A stretch of DNA of 64,000 bases, from NCBI GenBank assembly GCA_964016885.1, contig OZ024759.1:34472001-34536000 (forward strand), given 5' to 3'. The stretch comes from Eledone cirrhosa (taxonomy: Eukaryota). Each line of letters opens with the position of its first letter. Positions within the stretch are counted from its first letter, which is position 1. Both the position numbers and the translations under genes were made by a program. Shown here piece by piece: positions 1 through 12,342 of the stretch. Under the pieces are notes generated by a model. It was not told the DNA's origin, searched no databases, and saw nothing but the letters and a program-made list of their open reading frames with translations.

Positions 1-27
1 TCTCGATACTTAAACACTCATATATAT

Positions 28-185
28 ACCAGAGTGCTCGATACATAGGGTAGTAGAGTGGGTAATAGGAATAGAGTCAGGACCCCGACGGCTGAGCTCC
101 GACCGTTTCAACAACTATATCTGACTGCGTTCAGATCTAGCTATCGAAACGGCCGGAACATAGCCGTCGGGGTCCTGACTCTTTT

Positions 186-190
<5 letters not shown>
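28..190 (-). mobile_element. Fold-back cassette, family A (Penelope-like pseudo-LTR fragment with 3' half of a hammerhead) in (TA)n
   Basis: Imperfect inverted repeat ~67-190 (taggaatagagtcaggaccccgacggct ... agccgtcggggtcctgactcttttccta). Each arm has GAAACGG..CCGTC (hammerhead stem III + GUC). Homologous to 24171, 31719, 32661, 45630, 56541. Confidence 0.7.
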
Positions 191-226
<36 letters not shown>

Positions 227-264
227 AAAACGTTCGCTCTACATGGCTGAATACAATAAAAGTG

Positions 265-470
265 TTTCGAATATTAATAATAACATTCGATTCGTTTGCA
301 ATTATGCAAACAAGCCTCATTTTTATAGCCATGTCAGTAGAATGAACCCTTCATTCTTGCTCTTGTCTTGAAGAGCAAGAATGAAGGGTTCATTCTACTG
401 ACATGGCTATAAAAATGAGGCTTGTTTGCATAATTGCAAACGAATCGAATGTTATTATTAATATTCGAAA
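265..470. repeat. Perfect long inverted repeat (100-bp arms, 6-nt loop) between (TA)n runs
   Basis: 265-364 is the reverse complement of 371-470; loop gtcttg. Confidence 0.95.
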
Positions 471-488
471 ACCTCAGATTACATTTAT

Positions 489-541
<53 letters not shown>

Positions 542-615
542 TATTGAAATTTCCGTTGGAGACAGAAAAGGTCATAAAAATGAAGAGTGCTCTATGTAAG
601 TATCAGAGCAAAATT

Positions 616-823
616 TAATGTATAAAAATCAAAACAATATAATTACCTCATTACCAGAGGTTTCCCGAATGAGGCGAATACGAAATAAACGACTTCATTC
701 GTTCGTCAGACGAGGCAATATTGCCTCGTCTGACGAACGAATGAAGTCGTTTATTTCGTATTCGCCTCATTCGGGAAACCTCTGGTAATGAGGTAATTAT
801 ATTGTATTGATTTTTATACATTA
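616..823. repeat. Near-perfect palindrome (104-bp arms, no loop) containing mirrored hammerheads
   Basis: Centre caat|attg at 719/720; one mismatch seen; flanked by (TA)n. Confidence 0.95.
720..797 (+). ncRNA. Type I hammerhead ribozyme (mirror copy on - strand at 642-719)
   Basis: Stem I ttgcctcgt/atgaggtaa; core CTGACGA 730-736; stem II cgaatga/tcattcg; GAAA 775-778; stem III ACC-tct-GGT; cleavage triplet GUA (787). Confidence 0.85.
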
Positions 824-840
824 TATATATATATATATAT

Positions 841-1581
841 ATTAGAAAGATCGAGTATCGAAAAATCGGCGCACGAGTTCACGATAAACAAAATTCGAAA
901 TGAGCGGCAGAGGGCTCAATAATTCAGATGAATCAGAGCTATAACTATCGTTAAAATACCGTCACGTATAGAACAAGTCTACAATCAACCATACGATAAA
1001 AAATCGATAATAGAAGATTTCGGGACAAACAGATAAAAAATATCAATAAAACAATACATCAATAATTTAAATGAATGTAAAATCATACCCGGACCCACTA
1101 GAAAGGTGTTAAATCTAGCTTCTTGGGTCTCTGTAAATCCTTAGACTGTACTCTATCAGCTCACATATAAATATAAAAGCCTACTAGAGCAAGAGGAACG
1201 GAGTTTACTTTCTCAACGAGCTTTTTTCCTAGCGGATAAGGGGCTAACTACCAGTGAAAAACGCACATGGCATTAGACAAGGGAGATAACCTCTACATCC
1301 GCGAAAACTATTCGAGGGAATGTGGAAATACACATATCGAATAAGAGTGCTCAATAGACATGTTAAAATAAAACAAAAGCTATTCATCACTCAATAGAAT
1401 CGACAAAAAATGAGCGATAAAATTAACTGGTGGATAGCTATGTCCAGAGCTAAAAATATTAGAAAGATCGAGTATCGAAAAATCGGCGCATGAGTTCACG
1501 ATAAACAAAATTCGAAATGAGCGGCAGAGGGCTCAATAATTCAGATGAATCAGAGCTATAACTATCGTTAAAATACCGTCA
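841..1581 (-). mobile_element. 617-bp-period element with 124-bp terminal direct repeats, in (TA)n
   Basis: 841-964 = 1458-1581 (1 mismatch); no TG..CA ends; no ORF; contains several copies of the GCTC..GAGC motif. Confidence 0.65.
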
Positions 1582-1740
1582 TATATATTATTTGTGTGTG
1601 TATAGCAACAAATTCATAGTTATACAGTTTTCAAGAATTCACCTTCCCTAGGGTGACATATTGTCTTGTATATCTCTACATGTATTGAGTACACTCTGTT
1701 CATAATATATATAAACGAATCATTTGTTGAGGTGGGGTTG

Positions 1741-1772
1741 TACACATACACATACAGACACACACACACATA

Positions 1773-1803
<31 letters not shown>

Positions 1804-2825
1804 CCACTTATACACACACACACACTTATACACATATGCACGCTCGTGGTTGCATGCACCCAATGTCACAGATGTATGCACACACACACGCATACACATA
1901 CACTCATACACACACACTCACACAGACATACATACATATACACACACACATGCACTCATACAGACATACATACACATACACACACCCGCATGCACCTAAG
2001 CATATGCACACTCGCTCTTTCATGCAACCAATTTCACAGATGTATGCACTCTCACACACACACACTAACACACACACACACTCTCACACACAAACACACA
2101 CACCCTCATACACACACACACACACGCCTGCATGTACATCATGAAGTTTCTCAATCGATAGAAACGTTTATTTTAATAACTTAGCAGAAAGTTGGAGGCT
2201 TTGATCGTTCTACAATAAATGAAACACACACACACTACACACACACACACTACACACACACACACTACACACACACACACTACACACACACACACACTAC
2301 ACACACAGACACTACACACACACATGCACACACTACACACACACATGCACACACTACACCCACACACACACTACACACACTACACACACACACACTACAC
2401 ACACACACACACTACACACACACACATGCACACTACACACACTACACCCACACATGCACACACTACACACACTACACACACTACACCCACACATGCACAC
2501 ACTACACACACTACACACACTACACCCACACATGCACACACTACACACACTACACACACTACACACACTACACCCACACATGCACACACTACACACACGT
2601 ACACACACTACACACACAAATGAACACACTACACACACATGAACACGCACACACGTTCACACAAACAGGTCCACACGAACACACACACGTTCACAGGTGC
2701 ACACTCATACACACTCATTCACACTCATTCACACACACACACATGCACACACACACACACATTCACACACACATTCACACACACACAAACACACACATAC
2801 ATTCACACACAAACAACCATTCACA

Positions 2826-2857
<32 letters not shown>

Positions 2858-3535
2858 TTCACACATGCGCATTCATACAAACACACTCAAACGTTCACAG
2901 ATTCACGCATTCACACACATTCACACAAACACATTCACACATTCACACAAACACATTCACACATACACACATTGACACTCATACAAACACACATGCACTG
3001 ACCCACAAACACGCACGTACACACACATATAAATACACTTACGTACAGTCACGCTCACAGGCACACACACACGCACACAGAGTAATTTGTGAGGTGCATG
3101 TCTGTATGTGTTTGCGTGTCTGTATCTCTCTGCATGTATGCGTATGTGTGAGTGTGAGTGTGCCTGTGTGAGTGTGCCTGTGTGTGTGAGTGTACCTGTG
3201 TGTGTGTGTGTGTGTATGCCTCTGTATGTGTGTGTGTATGCCTCTGTATGTGTGTGTGTAGACTCCACTATGAAATCCTACATGCATACATTTCCATATT
3301 TAGTCATTCAATTAAACATGCATTCATCGATCTGTGCCAATCTATATGACTGTATAGTAATAGATGAATATATTTATTTGATCGATTTATACAGAACAGA
3401 TCAATATATGTGCGTGTGTGTGTGATTGTGCGTGATTGCATGTGGGCGTGTTTTTCTGTGTGTACATGTTTATATGAGAATACATGTGTGTGTGCGTGTG
3501 CACGTTTTTGTGAGAGTGTGTGTGTGAATGTGTGA
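1741..3535. repeat. Compound (CA)n/(TG)n microsatellite field
   Basis: Imperfect CA then TG runs, including CACACACTA units; source of the His/Thr and Val/Cys ORFs. Confidence 0.95.
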
Positions 3536-3539
3536 GGGC

Positions 3540-3922
3540 AGTGAATTACTGGTATCGGTAGAGGATCAGACACCATGCATTGCGGCACAGAGTTATGGCC
3601 CTTTACGTTCTGATTATAAAATCCCACCCATGTTAGCTTTGACTTTCATCCTTATGGGGGTCTATAAAATAAAGTACCAGTAATGCACTGGGGTCAATTT
3701 AGTCAACTTCACCTACCCCCAAATTGCTGGCCTTACGCCTAGGGATTGGCAGTATCGGTAGAGGGTCGGACGCCATGCTTTGACACATAGAGTTACGGCC
3801 CTTGCCATTCTGAGTTCAAATTCCGCCGAGGTTAACTTTGCCTTTCATCCTTACGGGGTCGATAAAATAAAGTACCAGTAATACACTGGGTAATTGCCGG
3901 CCTTGTGCCAAAAGTAGAAACA

Positions 3923-3928
<6 letters not shown>
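3540..3928 (+). mobile_element. Two tandem copies of a tRNA-derived SINE (family S1)
   Basis: Head tggcagtatcggtagag, B-box-like gagttcaaattcc, central gccgaggttaactttgcctttcatccttacggggtcgataaaataaagtaccag, (ATT)n tail; repeated >12 times in the window. Confidence 0.85.
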
Positions 3929-3954
<26 letters not shown>

Positions 3955-4100
3955 GAAGTCACGTGGTTTAGTGGCTAGACAATTGTCATATGTCAATAGT
4001 TTGTATATAATGTGGCTTTGAGACTTTGTTTCTGCCTATATATATATGTATATACACACATATATATATACATATATATATACATATATATATATATATT

Positions 4101-4133
<33 letters not shown>

Positions 4134-4135
4134 TG

Positions 4136-4186
4136 AGATTCTACAGGACTAGAACTGTTTCATTCTTTAGAAATCATCAGGAATCT
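4136..4186 (-). ncRNA. Type I hammerhead ribozyme
   Basis: Minus strand agattc-CTGATGA-t-ttc-taaa-gaa-t-GAA-ACAG-ttctagtc-CTGT-A-gaatct; all three stems pair. Confidence 0.85.
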
Positions 4187-4197
4187 GAAAGAATAAT

Positions 4198-4268
4198 ATT
4201 ATTCTTTCTGATGAATGAAGACTGACATAAATATCTGTCTTCAAGAAACCCCTGGTAAATGAAATAAT
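4198..4268 (+). ncRNA. Type I hammerhead ribozyme (related to 720-797)
   Basis: CTGATGA 4208-4214, stem II tgaagac/gtcttca, GAA-ACC-cct-GGT-A. Stem I is imperfect. Downstream 4270-4355 is homologous to the reverse complement of 541-640. Confidence 0.75.
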
Positions 4269-4860
4269 TATCTTATGTTGTTTATTACATAACTAAAAAG
4301 CTCTGTAGCCTACATAGAGCACTCTCTTTTCCTTTACCTTCCTACGGAAATACTTTATATATATATAATAATATTTGCTCTACGGTTCTTATATATTTGA
4401 TATATATTTATCCTTATCGAGCCCTCTTTGGATTTTAGTCTTCAAATTTATTATTATTACTATATATATAAGGGAGTGTATATGAGAGAGTGGAACAGTG
4501 ACATATTTCAGTTATTTGCAAATTGAGGCCAATATTAAATGTCTAAAAAGTCGGATTGTCTTGTCTGCACCTTTGTCAATATGAAAGAATAAAGTTAAGG
4601 AGGAAAGGCCGTATAACATTTAAATAGATTTGCAATCAATAAAATATCTCTTCTTTCCATTTAGAGTATCAATGTTGTTGTTTTTTACGTTTTCTTTTCT
4701 TTCTTTTTGTCTTTTCTTATGAGATCGATAGATCAATATATATACTTGCCTTCGATATATACACATGGTGTGTCTAGGATCTCGACAAAATACCACACTA
4801 AGTTATAATGACCACACTAACTGATGAAAAACAAGTCAGTGTTTACTATCCAGGTGTCGG

Positions 4861-4905
<45 letters not shown>

Positions 4906-5424
4906 TGTTTCTTTATTAGCCACAGGGGCACAAAAGAAGGGGACAAATACAAAGGGGGAAGTTTACATACAATAAAAACGTGTAAAATGTTATCACAAAT
5001 GCAATTTAAAAATTAGTCGATTTTCCCCAATAGGGGGAGACAGTTCATATGGGTAACACATACCCCCGAAAAAATGTGAAACCCTCATCTCCAGGAGTAC
5101 GAAGAGTTTGTACTCCTTTCCTCTCCTCCCCCTTTCCTCAACCTACAGGCTGATATAGAGAGAAGGTCCATTCACTCGGGCCATTCTCGCCACTTTCACC
5201 CACCTTTCATAAAACTTGCTGGGGTACAGCACCTCTCTCTCCATCCTGATTCTTCTTCCAAAGTGGTATTTGAAAAAAAGAATCAGATAGATAGATAGAT
5301 AAATGTCTTTATTAGCCACAAGGGCACAAAAGAAGGGGACAAATACAAATGGGGAGTTTACATACAGGTATATGAAAATAAAACTATTAATAAAATAACA
5401 AATGACAAATTGAAATCCCCAATG
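4906..5424 (-). mobile_element. Two 3' fragments of an L1/Tx1-like LINE embedded in (GATA)n
   Basis: 4906-5285 reads ...FKYHFGRRIRMEREVLYPSKFYERWVKVARMARVNGPSLYISL* then a 3'UTR ending gtggctaataaagaaa; second copy 5303-5424; GATA runs on both sides. Confidence 0.7.
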
Positions 5425-6150
5425 AGATAGATAGATAGGTAGATAGAGAGAGAGGGGGCGAGAGGAGGAGTCAGATAGATAGGTAGATAGAGAGAGATGG
5501 GGTGAGAGAGGGAGTCAGATAGATAGGTAGAGAGAGAGAGAGGGGGTGAGAGAGGGAGTCAGATAGATAGGTAAGTATCTGAGTGGATGGATAGACAGGT
5601 AGACATATACATGGTTAGGTAGGTTAGTAGGTAGGTAGACATGTATATAGATAGGTAGGTTAGTAGGTAGGTAGTTATATAGATAGGTAGGTTAGTAGGT
5701 AGGTAGATAGTTATATAGTTAGCTAAGTTAGTAGGTAGAGAGTTATATAGTTAGCTAAGTTAGTAGGTAGAGAGTTATATAGTTAGCTAAGTTAGTAGGT
5801 AGAGAGTTATATAGATAGGTAGGTTAGTAGATAGGTAGACATGTATATAGATAGGTAGGTTAGTAGATAGGTAGATAGGTATATAGATAGGTAGGTTAGT
5901 AGATAGGTAGATAGGTATATAGATAGGTAGGTTAGTAGGTAGGTAGATAGTTATATAGTTAGGTAGGTTAGTAGGTAGGTAGATAGTTATATAGTTAGCT
6001 AACTTAGTAGGTAGGTAGTTATATAGTTAGCTAACTTAGTAGGTAGGTAGTTATATAGTTAGCTAAGTTAGTAGGTAGGTAGTTATATAGTTAGCTAAGT
6101 TAGTAGGTAGGTAGTTATATAGTTAGCTAAGTTAGTAGGTAGGTAGACAT
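5425..6150. repeat. GATA/GGTA-derived degenerate minisatellite
   Basis: Units such as gttatatagttagctaagttagtaggtaggta. Confidence 0.9.
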
Positions 6151-6879
6151 TTATATAAGTAGATTCTAGATAGATTGATAGATCGCTTACAATTCCTGTC
6201 TACTCAAGTTGTGTGAACGCATTTACCGCACAAATAGCTTGAGAAATGTCTCAGGAGGAAACTCCATTTATAATATCCGGTTATTGATAAACATTCAGAA
6301 TGATTCGTATATAACGATCTGTAAAATGGTTCAGATATCGTCCTCAATTGTGTTGATAATACCTGACAAAAGAATATTTAAGTTGTTGAATAGCTAACAG
6401 TGAAGACTGTCCTGCTATTTACAACAAAATAGCTCAACAAATTGTCGGATATTCACCAGCTCCGGCGTTGACCACTGATTTTGTTGAGGGTTTTTTATGA
6501 TCAACGAAAAACAGCTTGCTTTGGGAGATTAACGTCTCCAAGTGTAGCTAGTTGACCATGATACAGATATATCTACATGTACCTTTAACGTAGTTCTCAG
6601 GAAGATTCGGTGTTACACAGTGTGAGACGACAAATCTGGACAAACAAGCAAAACGGATTTTTTACCCTCTGAATGGACAGGAGTAACGTGTTATAAAGTA
6701 TCTTGCTCAAGGACGCAACGCGACACCATGCTGGGATCTAGTTGATGACCTTTACACAATGAAAACCCACACGTTAACATCTATCCCACGTACCTTTACG
6801 ATCAACAATACATGTATGTATGTATTTATATTTCGTTACCACTTCCTATGTTTTTTTCATAACGGTAAATTCCAAAGGG

Positions 6880-7230
6880 GACTAACTCCGACATGATAGT
6901 ATTGAGTAGAGATGTAGTTATGGAGACCAAGAAATGCATCATTCCTTACTACTAAATGTTCAGCTAATTCCGACATGATAACAGAGGGTAGAGATGTGGT
7001 TCCGAGGACCAAGAATGACAAAATGCTCAATCATGAAAGGTTCAGTTAATTCAAACACAATTCCAGAGAGTAGAGATCTGGTTATGGAGATCAAGAGATA
7101 TAATTCCTCACTACTTGAAGATCTGTTAATTCCGACACAATAGCAGAAAGTAGGGGTCTGGTATAGGGACCAAGAAAGATTATTCTCCACCGCTAGGAGT
7201 TCTAATTCCGACACGATAGCGGTAGAATCA
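6880..7230. repeat. Degenerate ~80-bp tandem repeat (about 5 copies)
   Basis: Recurring taattccgacatgata...gtagagat...gaccaaga at ~6883, 6965, 7047, 7128, 7203. Confidence 0.8.
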
Positions 7231-7437
7231 GTAGAGTGTCGGACAACCTGCTTTTTCACATAGACACGTATCTTTACGATCTGAGTTCAAATCCTGCCTA
7301 GGTTAGCTTTGCCTTTCATACTTACTGGGAGTCAATAAAATAAAATACCAGTAACCTACTGAGGTTGATTTAATCGATTTTCCCCTCCCTTCCCGAAAAA
7401 TTATTGGCCTGGTGCCTGCCTAAATCAGAAATCAATA
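7215..7437 (+). mobile_element. SINE family S1
   Basis: gagttcaaatcctgcctaggttagctttgcctttcat...taaaataccag. Confidence 0.75.
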
Positions 7438-7806
7438 TCCACTCGTTATTTATTCGTCTTCCCCTCCCCCTTAATCTTTTATCTTTTTTTTCCTCTCATT
7501 TTTTCGTCTCTCCTTCATCTTCGTTTTTTTTTTCTTCATTATTTTATCTTTAGATGTTTTCCTTATCTCTATCGTTTCCTTCCTCGTCAGTCGTTCTCTA
7601 ATTACCTATTGTATATGTTTCGTTTTTCGGCCCCAATCTATTTCACTTGACCTTAAGCCAGTAGAAAACGCCTAAAGGTCATATTTGTTCTGAGATATTT
7701 CGGGTTTAAAGGTCAGCAAAACCAGGGGCCTCATAAAAAAAAATATATACATATATATATATACATACATACATATATACATATATATATACATACATAT
7801 ATATAT

Positions 7807-7840
<34 letters not shown>

Positions 7841-8184
7841 GTATATATAGAGAGATCAGAGGGGGAGAAAAAAATCACTTAATAGAGTTTTATGTGTATT
7901 TGCTGGTTTACGGCACCACGCTGGTCTGATGATGTCATGTGATGTGTGTTGTCATGTGATGTGTGTTGTCATGTGATGTGTGGTGTTGTGTTGGGTTGAA
8001 GTGTTAAGTCTGTTTGTAATACGCCATATTGACCTTCAGATGACGGACGCTCAATAATCTATTAATTAATGGAATTCATATCTCGTTGGAAGAATATAAA
8101 CCCATAATGTAATTAGACGAGAACGTCACTCATAGAAATAATATTAATAAAATATAAACTAATATAGACGGAGTTATAAGTTGT

Positions 8185-8330
8185 GAGGTGGTTGAAGAGT
8201 TCGCCTCCCATCCCTGGTTCTAGATTCAGTCAGACCACGTAATTCCCTAGGCAAGTTTCTTCTTCCATAGCCCCGGTATGACAAATACCTTGGGAGCAGA
8301 ATTTGGTACAGAGAAACTGCAGAATCCTAT

Positions 8331-8332
<2 letters not shown>
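8185..8332 (+). mobile_element. Degenerate tRNA/CORE-type SINE with (TG)n tail
   Basis: ggcaagtttcttcttccatagccccgg...gaatttggtacagagaaactg followed by (TG)n; similar remnant at ~60040-60165. Confidence 0.5.
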
Positions 8333-8406
<74 letters not shown>

Positions 8407-8460
8407 CAGAAGCGAAAACCAACTCAAACGAAACAGTGCGTCTGTTCTGTTATTATTTGA

Positions 8461-8645
8461 TTGGCAGTATCGGTAGAGAGTCGGACGCCATGCTTTGAAG
8501 CATAGAGTTACCTCCCTGTATGATCTGAGTTCAAATCCCGCCGAGGTTAACTTTGCCTTTCATCCTTACGGGGTCGATAAAATAAAGTACCAGTAATGCA
8601 CTGGGGTAATTTGCTGGCCTTGTGCCTAAAGTAGAAACAATTATT
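8461..8645 (+). mobile_element. SINE family S1
   Basis: Full head-to-tail match to 3745-3928. Confidence 0.9.
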
Positions 8646-8711
8646 TCTGGCAATATTGTAAAAATATGACCTCACCCAAATATAACAATATATATATATA
8701 TATTTATTTAT

Positions 8712-8812
8712 AAGGATAAAGATCCCTTAACACCTTGTGGAGTCATAGAGGCACTGCCATACGGTGTGTCTAGGGCACTTTCAAACCTGGCGGAGCCCAA
8801 CCCTCTCCATGT
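8712..8812 (-). mobile_element. Short interspersed repeat, probable RTE-type LINE 3' end
   Basis: Homologous to 47965-48065 and more weakly 49155-49260 (taacacc..gtc.tag..aaacctgg.ggagccca). Confidence 0.45.
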
Positions 8813-8826
8813 CTATATATATTATG

Positions 8827-8861
<35 letters not shown>

Positions 8862-9139
8862 TTGGTATATTGACCTTCTTCAAAGTTTTTGGTGTGATTT
8901 AAGGGAGATATAGCAGCTATTTCTAGTAGATCGAGTAACCACATAACGACTCCTTTTTTGGTTAGTCATTGTTTAATGAAGTGTAGACGTCTACACCGGA
9001 AGCAGAAACCTATGAAACATGACACTTTATATCTGTGTATGTAAGAGTAAATGGACGTTTGTCTGTGTATATATATATATATATATACGCGTGTGCGTAT
9101 GTGCAAGGATATGTGTGAATATCTATATATCTATATATG

Positions 9140-9172
<33 letters not shown>

Positions 9173-9279
9173 GTATATATATATATATACCACCACCACC
9201 ACCACCCCACTCTCAAGAGCGTGAAATTAATAAACAATTGTTGTACTGCCTCTCTGTTTTGTTCCCGTTCAATTTATCA

Positions 9280-9346
9280 TTATATATATATATGTATGTA
9301 TATATATATATATATGTATGTATATATATATATATATATATGTATG

Positions 9347-9379
<33 letters not shown>

Positions 9380-9400
9380 GTATATATATATATATGTATG

Positions 9401-9431
<31 letters not shown>

Positions 9432-9693
9432 GCGCGTATATGTCTGTCTGTGTATATATATATATGTATGTATATATATATATATATGTATGTATATATA
9501 TATATATATGTATGTATATATATATATATATATGTATGTATATATATATATATATATGTGTATGTATATATATATGTGTATGTATATATATATATGTATG
9601 TATATATATATAATGTGTATGTATATATATATATATGTGTATGTATATATATATATATATATATGTGTATGTATATATATATATATGTGTATG

Positions 9694-9726
<33 letters not shown>

Positions 9727-9873
9727 GTATGTATATATATGTATATATATGTATATATATGTATGTATATATATGTATATATATATATGTATATATATAT
9801 ATGTATGTATATATATGTATATATATATATGTATGTATATATATGTATATATATATATGTATGTATATATATG

Positions 9874-9910
<37 letters not shown>

Positions 9911-10130
9911 GTATATATATGTATGTATATATATGTATATATATGTATGTATATATATGTATATATATGTATATATGTATATATATATTTATGTATGTAT
10001 ATATATGTATATATATGTATGTATATATGTATATATATATTTATGTATGTATATATATATATATATATGCATACATACAGATCGACAGACGTGTATATAA
10101 ATGTATGTGTGTGTACATATACGTATATAT

Positions 10131-10165
<35 letters not shown>
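9280..10165. repeat. Long (TA)n/(TATG)n compound microsatellite
   Basis: Direct reading; source of Tyr/Ile ORFs. Confidence 0.97.
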
Positions 10166-10166
<1 letters not shown>

Positions 10167-10450
10167 TCTGTTTTAAAATGTGACGTCAACACTATGGAGA
10201 ATGGATCGCTGAGTTAGCCAGAAGCTCCTTAAATATTTAAACATATTGATCCCGCTGTGATCTGAACTGTAGGCCATTATCACCTCGATATATACACTAC
10301 TGTTTCATTTCTCTTTAGCTAGTAGTACTACATAGTACTACTAGCTAGCTATAGGTAGTTATCTATCTATCTTTTTGTCTATCTAGATAGCTTGTGTATT
10401 GTTACCTATCTGTAGATCCCTCTAGCTCTTATCTATCTATCTATCTATAT

Positions 10451-11403
10451 ATTTTTTTTTTTTACACGATTGTATGTAAAATCCCCGGCATGTGTCTTTG
10501 TATTGTCCCCTTTTCTTGTGCGCCCTTGTGGCAAATAAAGAAATCTATCTATCTCTCTCTAGCTGTCTATCTATCTATCTATCTATCCACTTTATTTTAT
10601 TTTATTTTTATATAGTGTTATTGCCTCCTCCTTATTGAGGACGCCTTTTTGTGTAAACTCCCCCCATTGTACTTGTCCCACTTTTGATGTCCTGGTGGCA
10701 AATAAATGAAACATATCTATCAATCCACTCTATATCAGCCTGTAGGTTGAGGAAAAAGAGGAGGAGGGGAAGGGAGTACAAACTCTTCGTACTCCTGGAG
10801 ATGAGGGTTGCACATTTTTTTCGGGGGTATGTGTTACCCATATGAAATGTCTCCCCCTATTGGGGAAAATCGACTAATTTTTAAATTACATTTGTGATTT
10901 TATTTTACACGTATTTATTGTATGTAAACGTCCCCCTTTGTATTTGTCCCCTTCTTTTGTGCCCCTGTGGCTAATAAAGAAACATATCTATCCATCTAGC
11001 TATCTATCTATCTATCTATCTGTCTATCTACCTATCCATACAGCTGTAGGGGTGTATGTAAATGTCTATTTACCTATCAGTCTATATACCTACTTATTTA
11101 TCGAAAATGGCCCAAGTGAATGGGCCTTCTCTGTATATAAACCTGTAGGTTGAGGAAGATAAACAGAGGGAAGACGGGAACACCTACAAAACGTGTTCCT
11201 GGTGTTGAGGGTTGTTCTATCCACGGGGTGTAAAACAACCCCGCAGTAACGTTCCTCCCCATTGGGGATTTCAATTGTTATTTTATTATATATAGTTTAT
11301 TGTTATTTACTAATGTTAAAGTTATATGATTTTTATGTAAAAACCCCGCCGTCACGTCTTGTAATGTCCCATTTTTGTACGCCCCTGAGGCAAATAAAGA
11401 AAG
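10451..11403 (+). mobile_element. Four stacked 3' fragments of L1/Tx1-like LINE subfamilies, separated by (TATC)n
   Basis: 10451-10543, 10591-10712, 10728-10984, 11100-11403. Each ends gtccc...gc(a/t)aataaa(g/tg)aaa + TATC run. Homologous to 4906-5424 and 25761-26550. Confidence 0.75.
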
Positions 11404-11455
11404 ATATCTATCTACTTATTTATCTATCTACCTATCTATCTACCTATCTTTCACC

Positions 11456-11489
<34 letters not shown>

Positions 11490-11754
11490 CTCAAACTATC
11501 TATCTACCTACCTGTAAGTTATGTATGTACCTGTCTATTTGTCCATCCATCTAGCTATGATATAGGTATATGTCTATCTGTGAAGCTCTTCTGGGGATAT
11601 CTCAATCTTCTGTGTATCAATCGATCTGCCTATCTAATAGATATCAATCTATCAGAGAAATGTCTAAATAACATTTCTCCATTACTAACAAATACGTGTT
11701 GAGGCGTGTGTGTGTGTCTGTGTGTGTTACACGCCGCCGATCCGTCTCCGTCTT

Positions 11755-11865
11755 CCATCCCGCCGAGGTTAACTTTGCCTTTCATCCTTACGGGGTCGAT
11801 AAAATAAAGTACCAGTAATGCACTGGGTAATTGCTGGCCTTGTGCCGAACGTAGAAACAATTATA
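11755..11865 (+). mobile_element. SINE family S1, 3' part
   Basis: Identical central/tail sequence to 8538-8643. Confidence 0.85.
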
Positions 11866-12342
11866 TATTGATTCTACAGAAGTTCCACGAGTTCTTTGTT
11901 CAGTTTACAACAGAAACCCTTAAAATACGTATATATTATGAAGTTATCATGAAAACAAACATGTTTTTGTAGGTAAGCAGCTCCCTTCGTTATTACGATG
12001 TCAGGAACACTTTATGTGGGTGGTATCGTAGGTAACTGCTTTCACAATAGCCTCGGATAAATCCGACAGTTTTTCTGAGAAATTGTGTAGTCTGGGACTG
12101 TGCTGAAGCCCGTCTGTTGGATTGCTTCTATAATTCAAAGGTTCAATCCGGTAACATTCGGTTATAGAATTACAGGAAGAATACAGACATAAATCTTTAG
12201 AATAATCAATTACCTTCAAGTTAATTCACAATTGGGATGTTCAAGGAATCGTTTGTAAGGTATGTATGTATACGGGTGTATATATATATATATATACGCA
12301 TAGATGTGTTTGTGCATATATATATGTATATATATATATATG

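Noticed and set aside
7926-7945. Isolated CTGATGA/CTGACGA matches (also 4821, 20452, 33577, 37664)
   Set aside because: No correctly placed GAAA or stems, so not hammerheads.
9019-10183. 385-aa and overlapping ORFs (also 43230-44282, 59019-59789, 62378-63335 and most of the ORF track)
   Set aside because: Translations of (TA)n/(TG)n/(CT)n repeats, open in several frames on both strands; no coding signal.
10317-10346. 14-bp-arm hairpin agctagtagtacta-ca-tagtactactagct
   Set aside because: Low-complexity, at the edge of a TATC field; no function inferable.
12001-12219. 72-aa non-repetitive ORF on the minus strand
   Set aside because: TTG start, upstream stop, no convincing acceptor, no recognisable homology.
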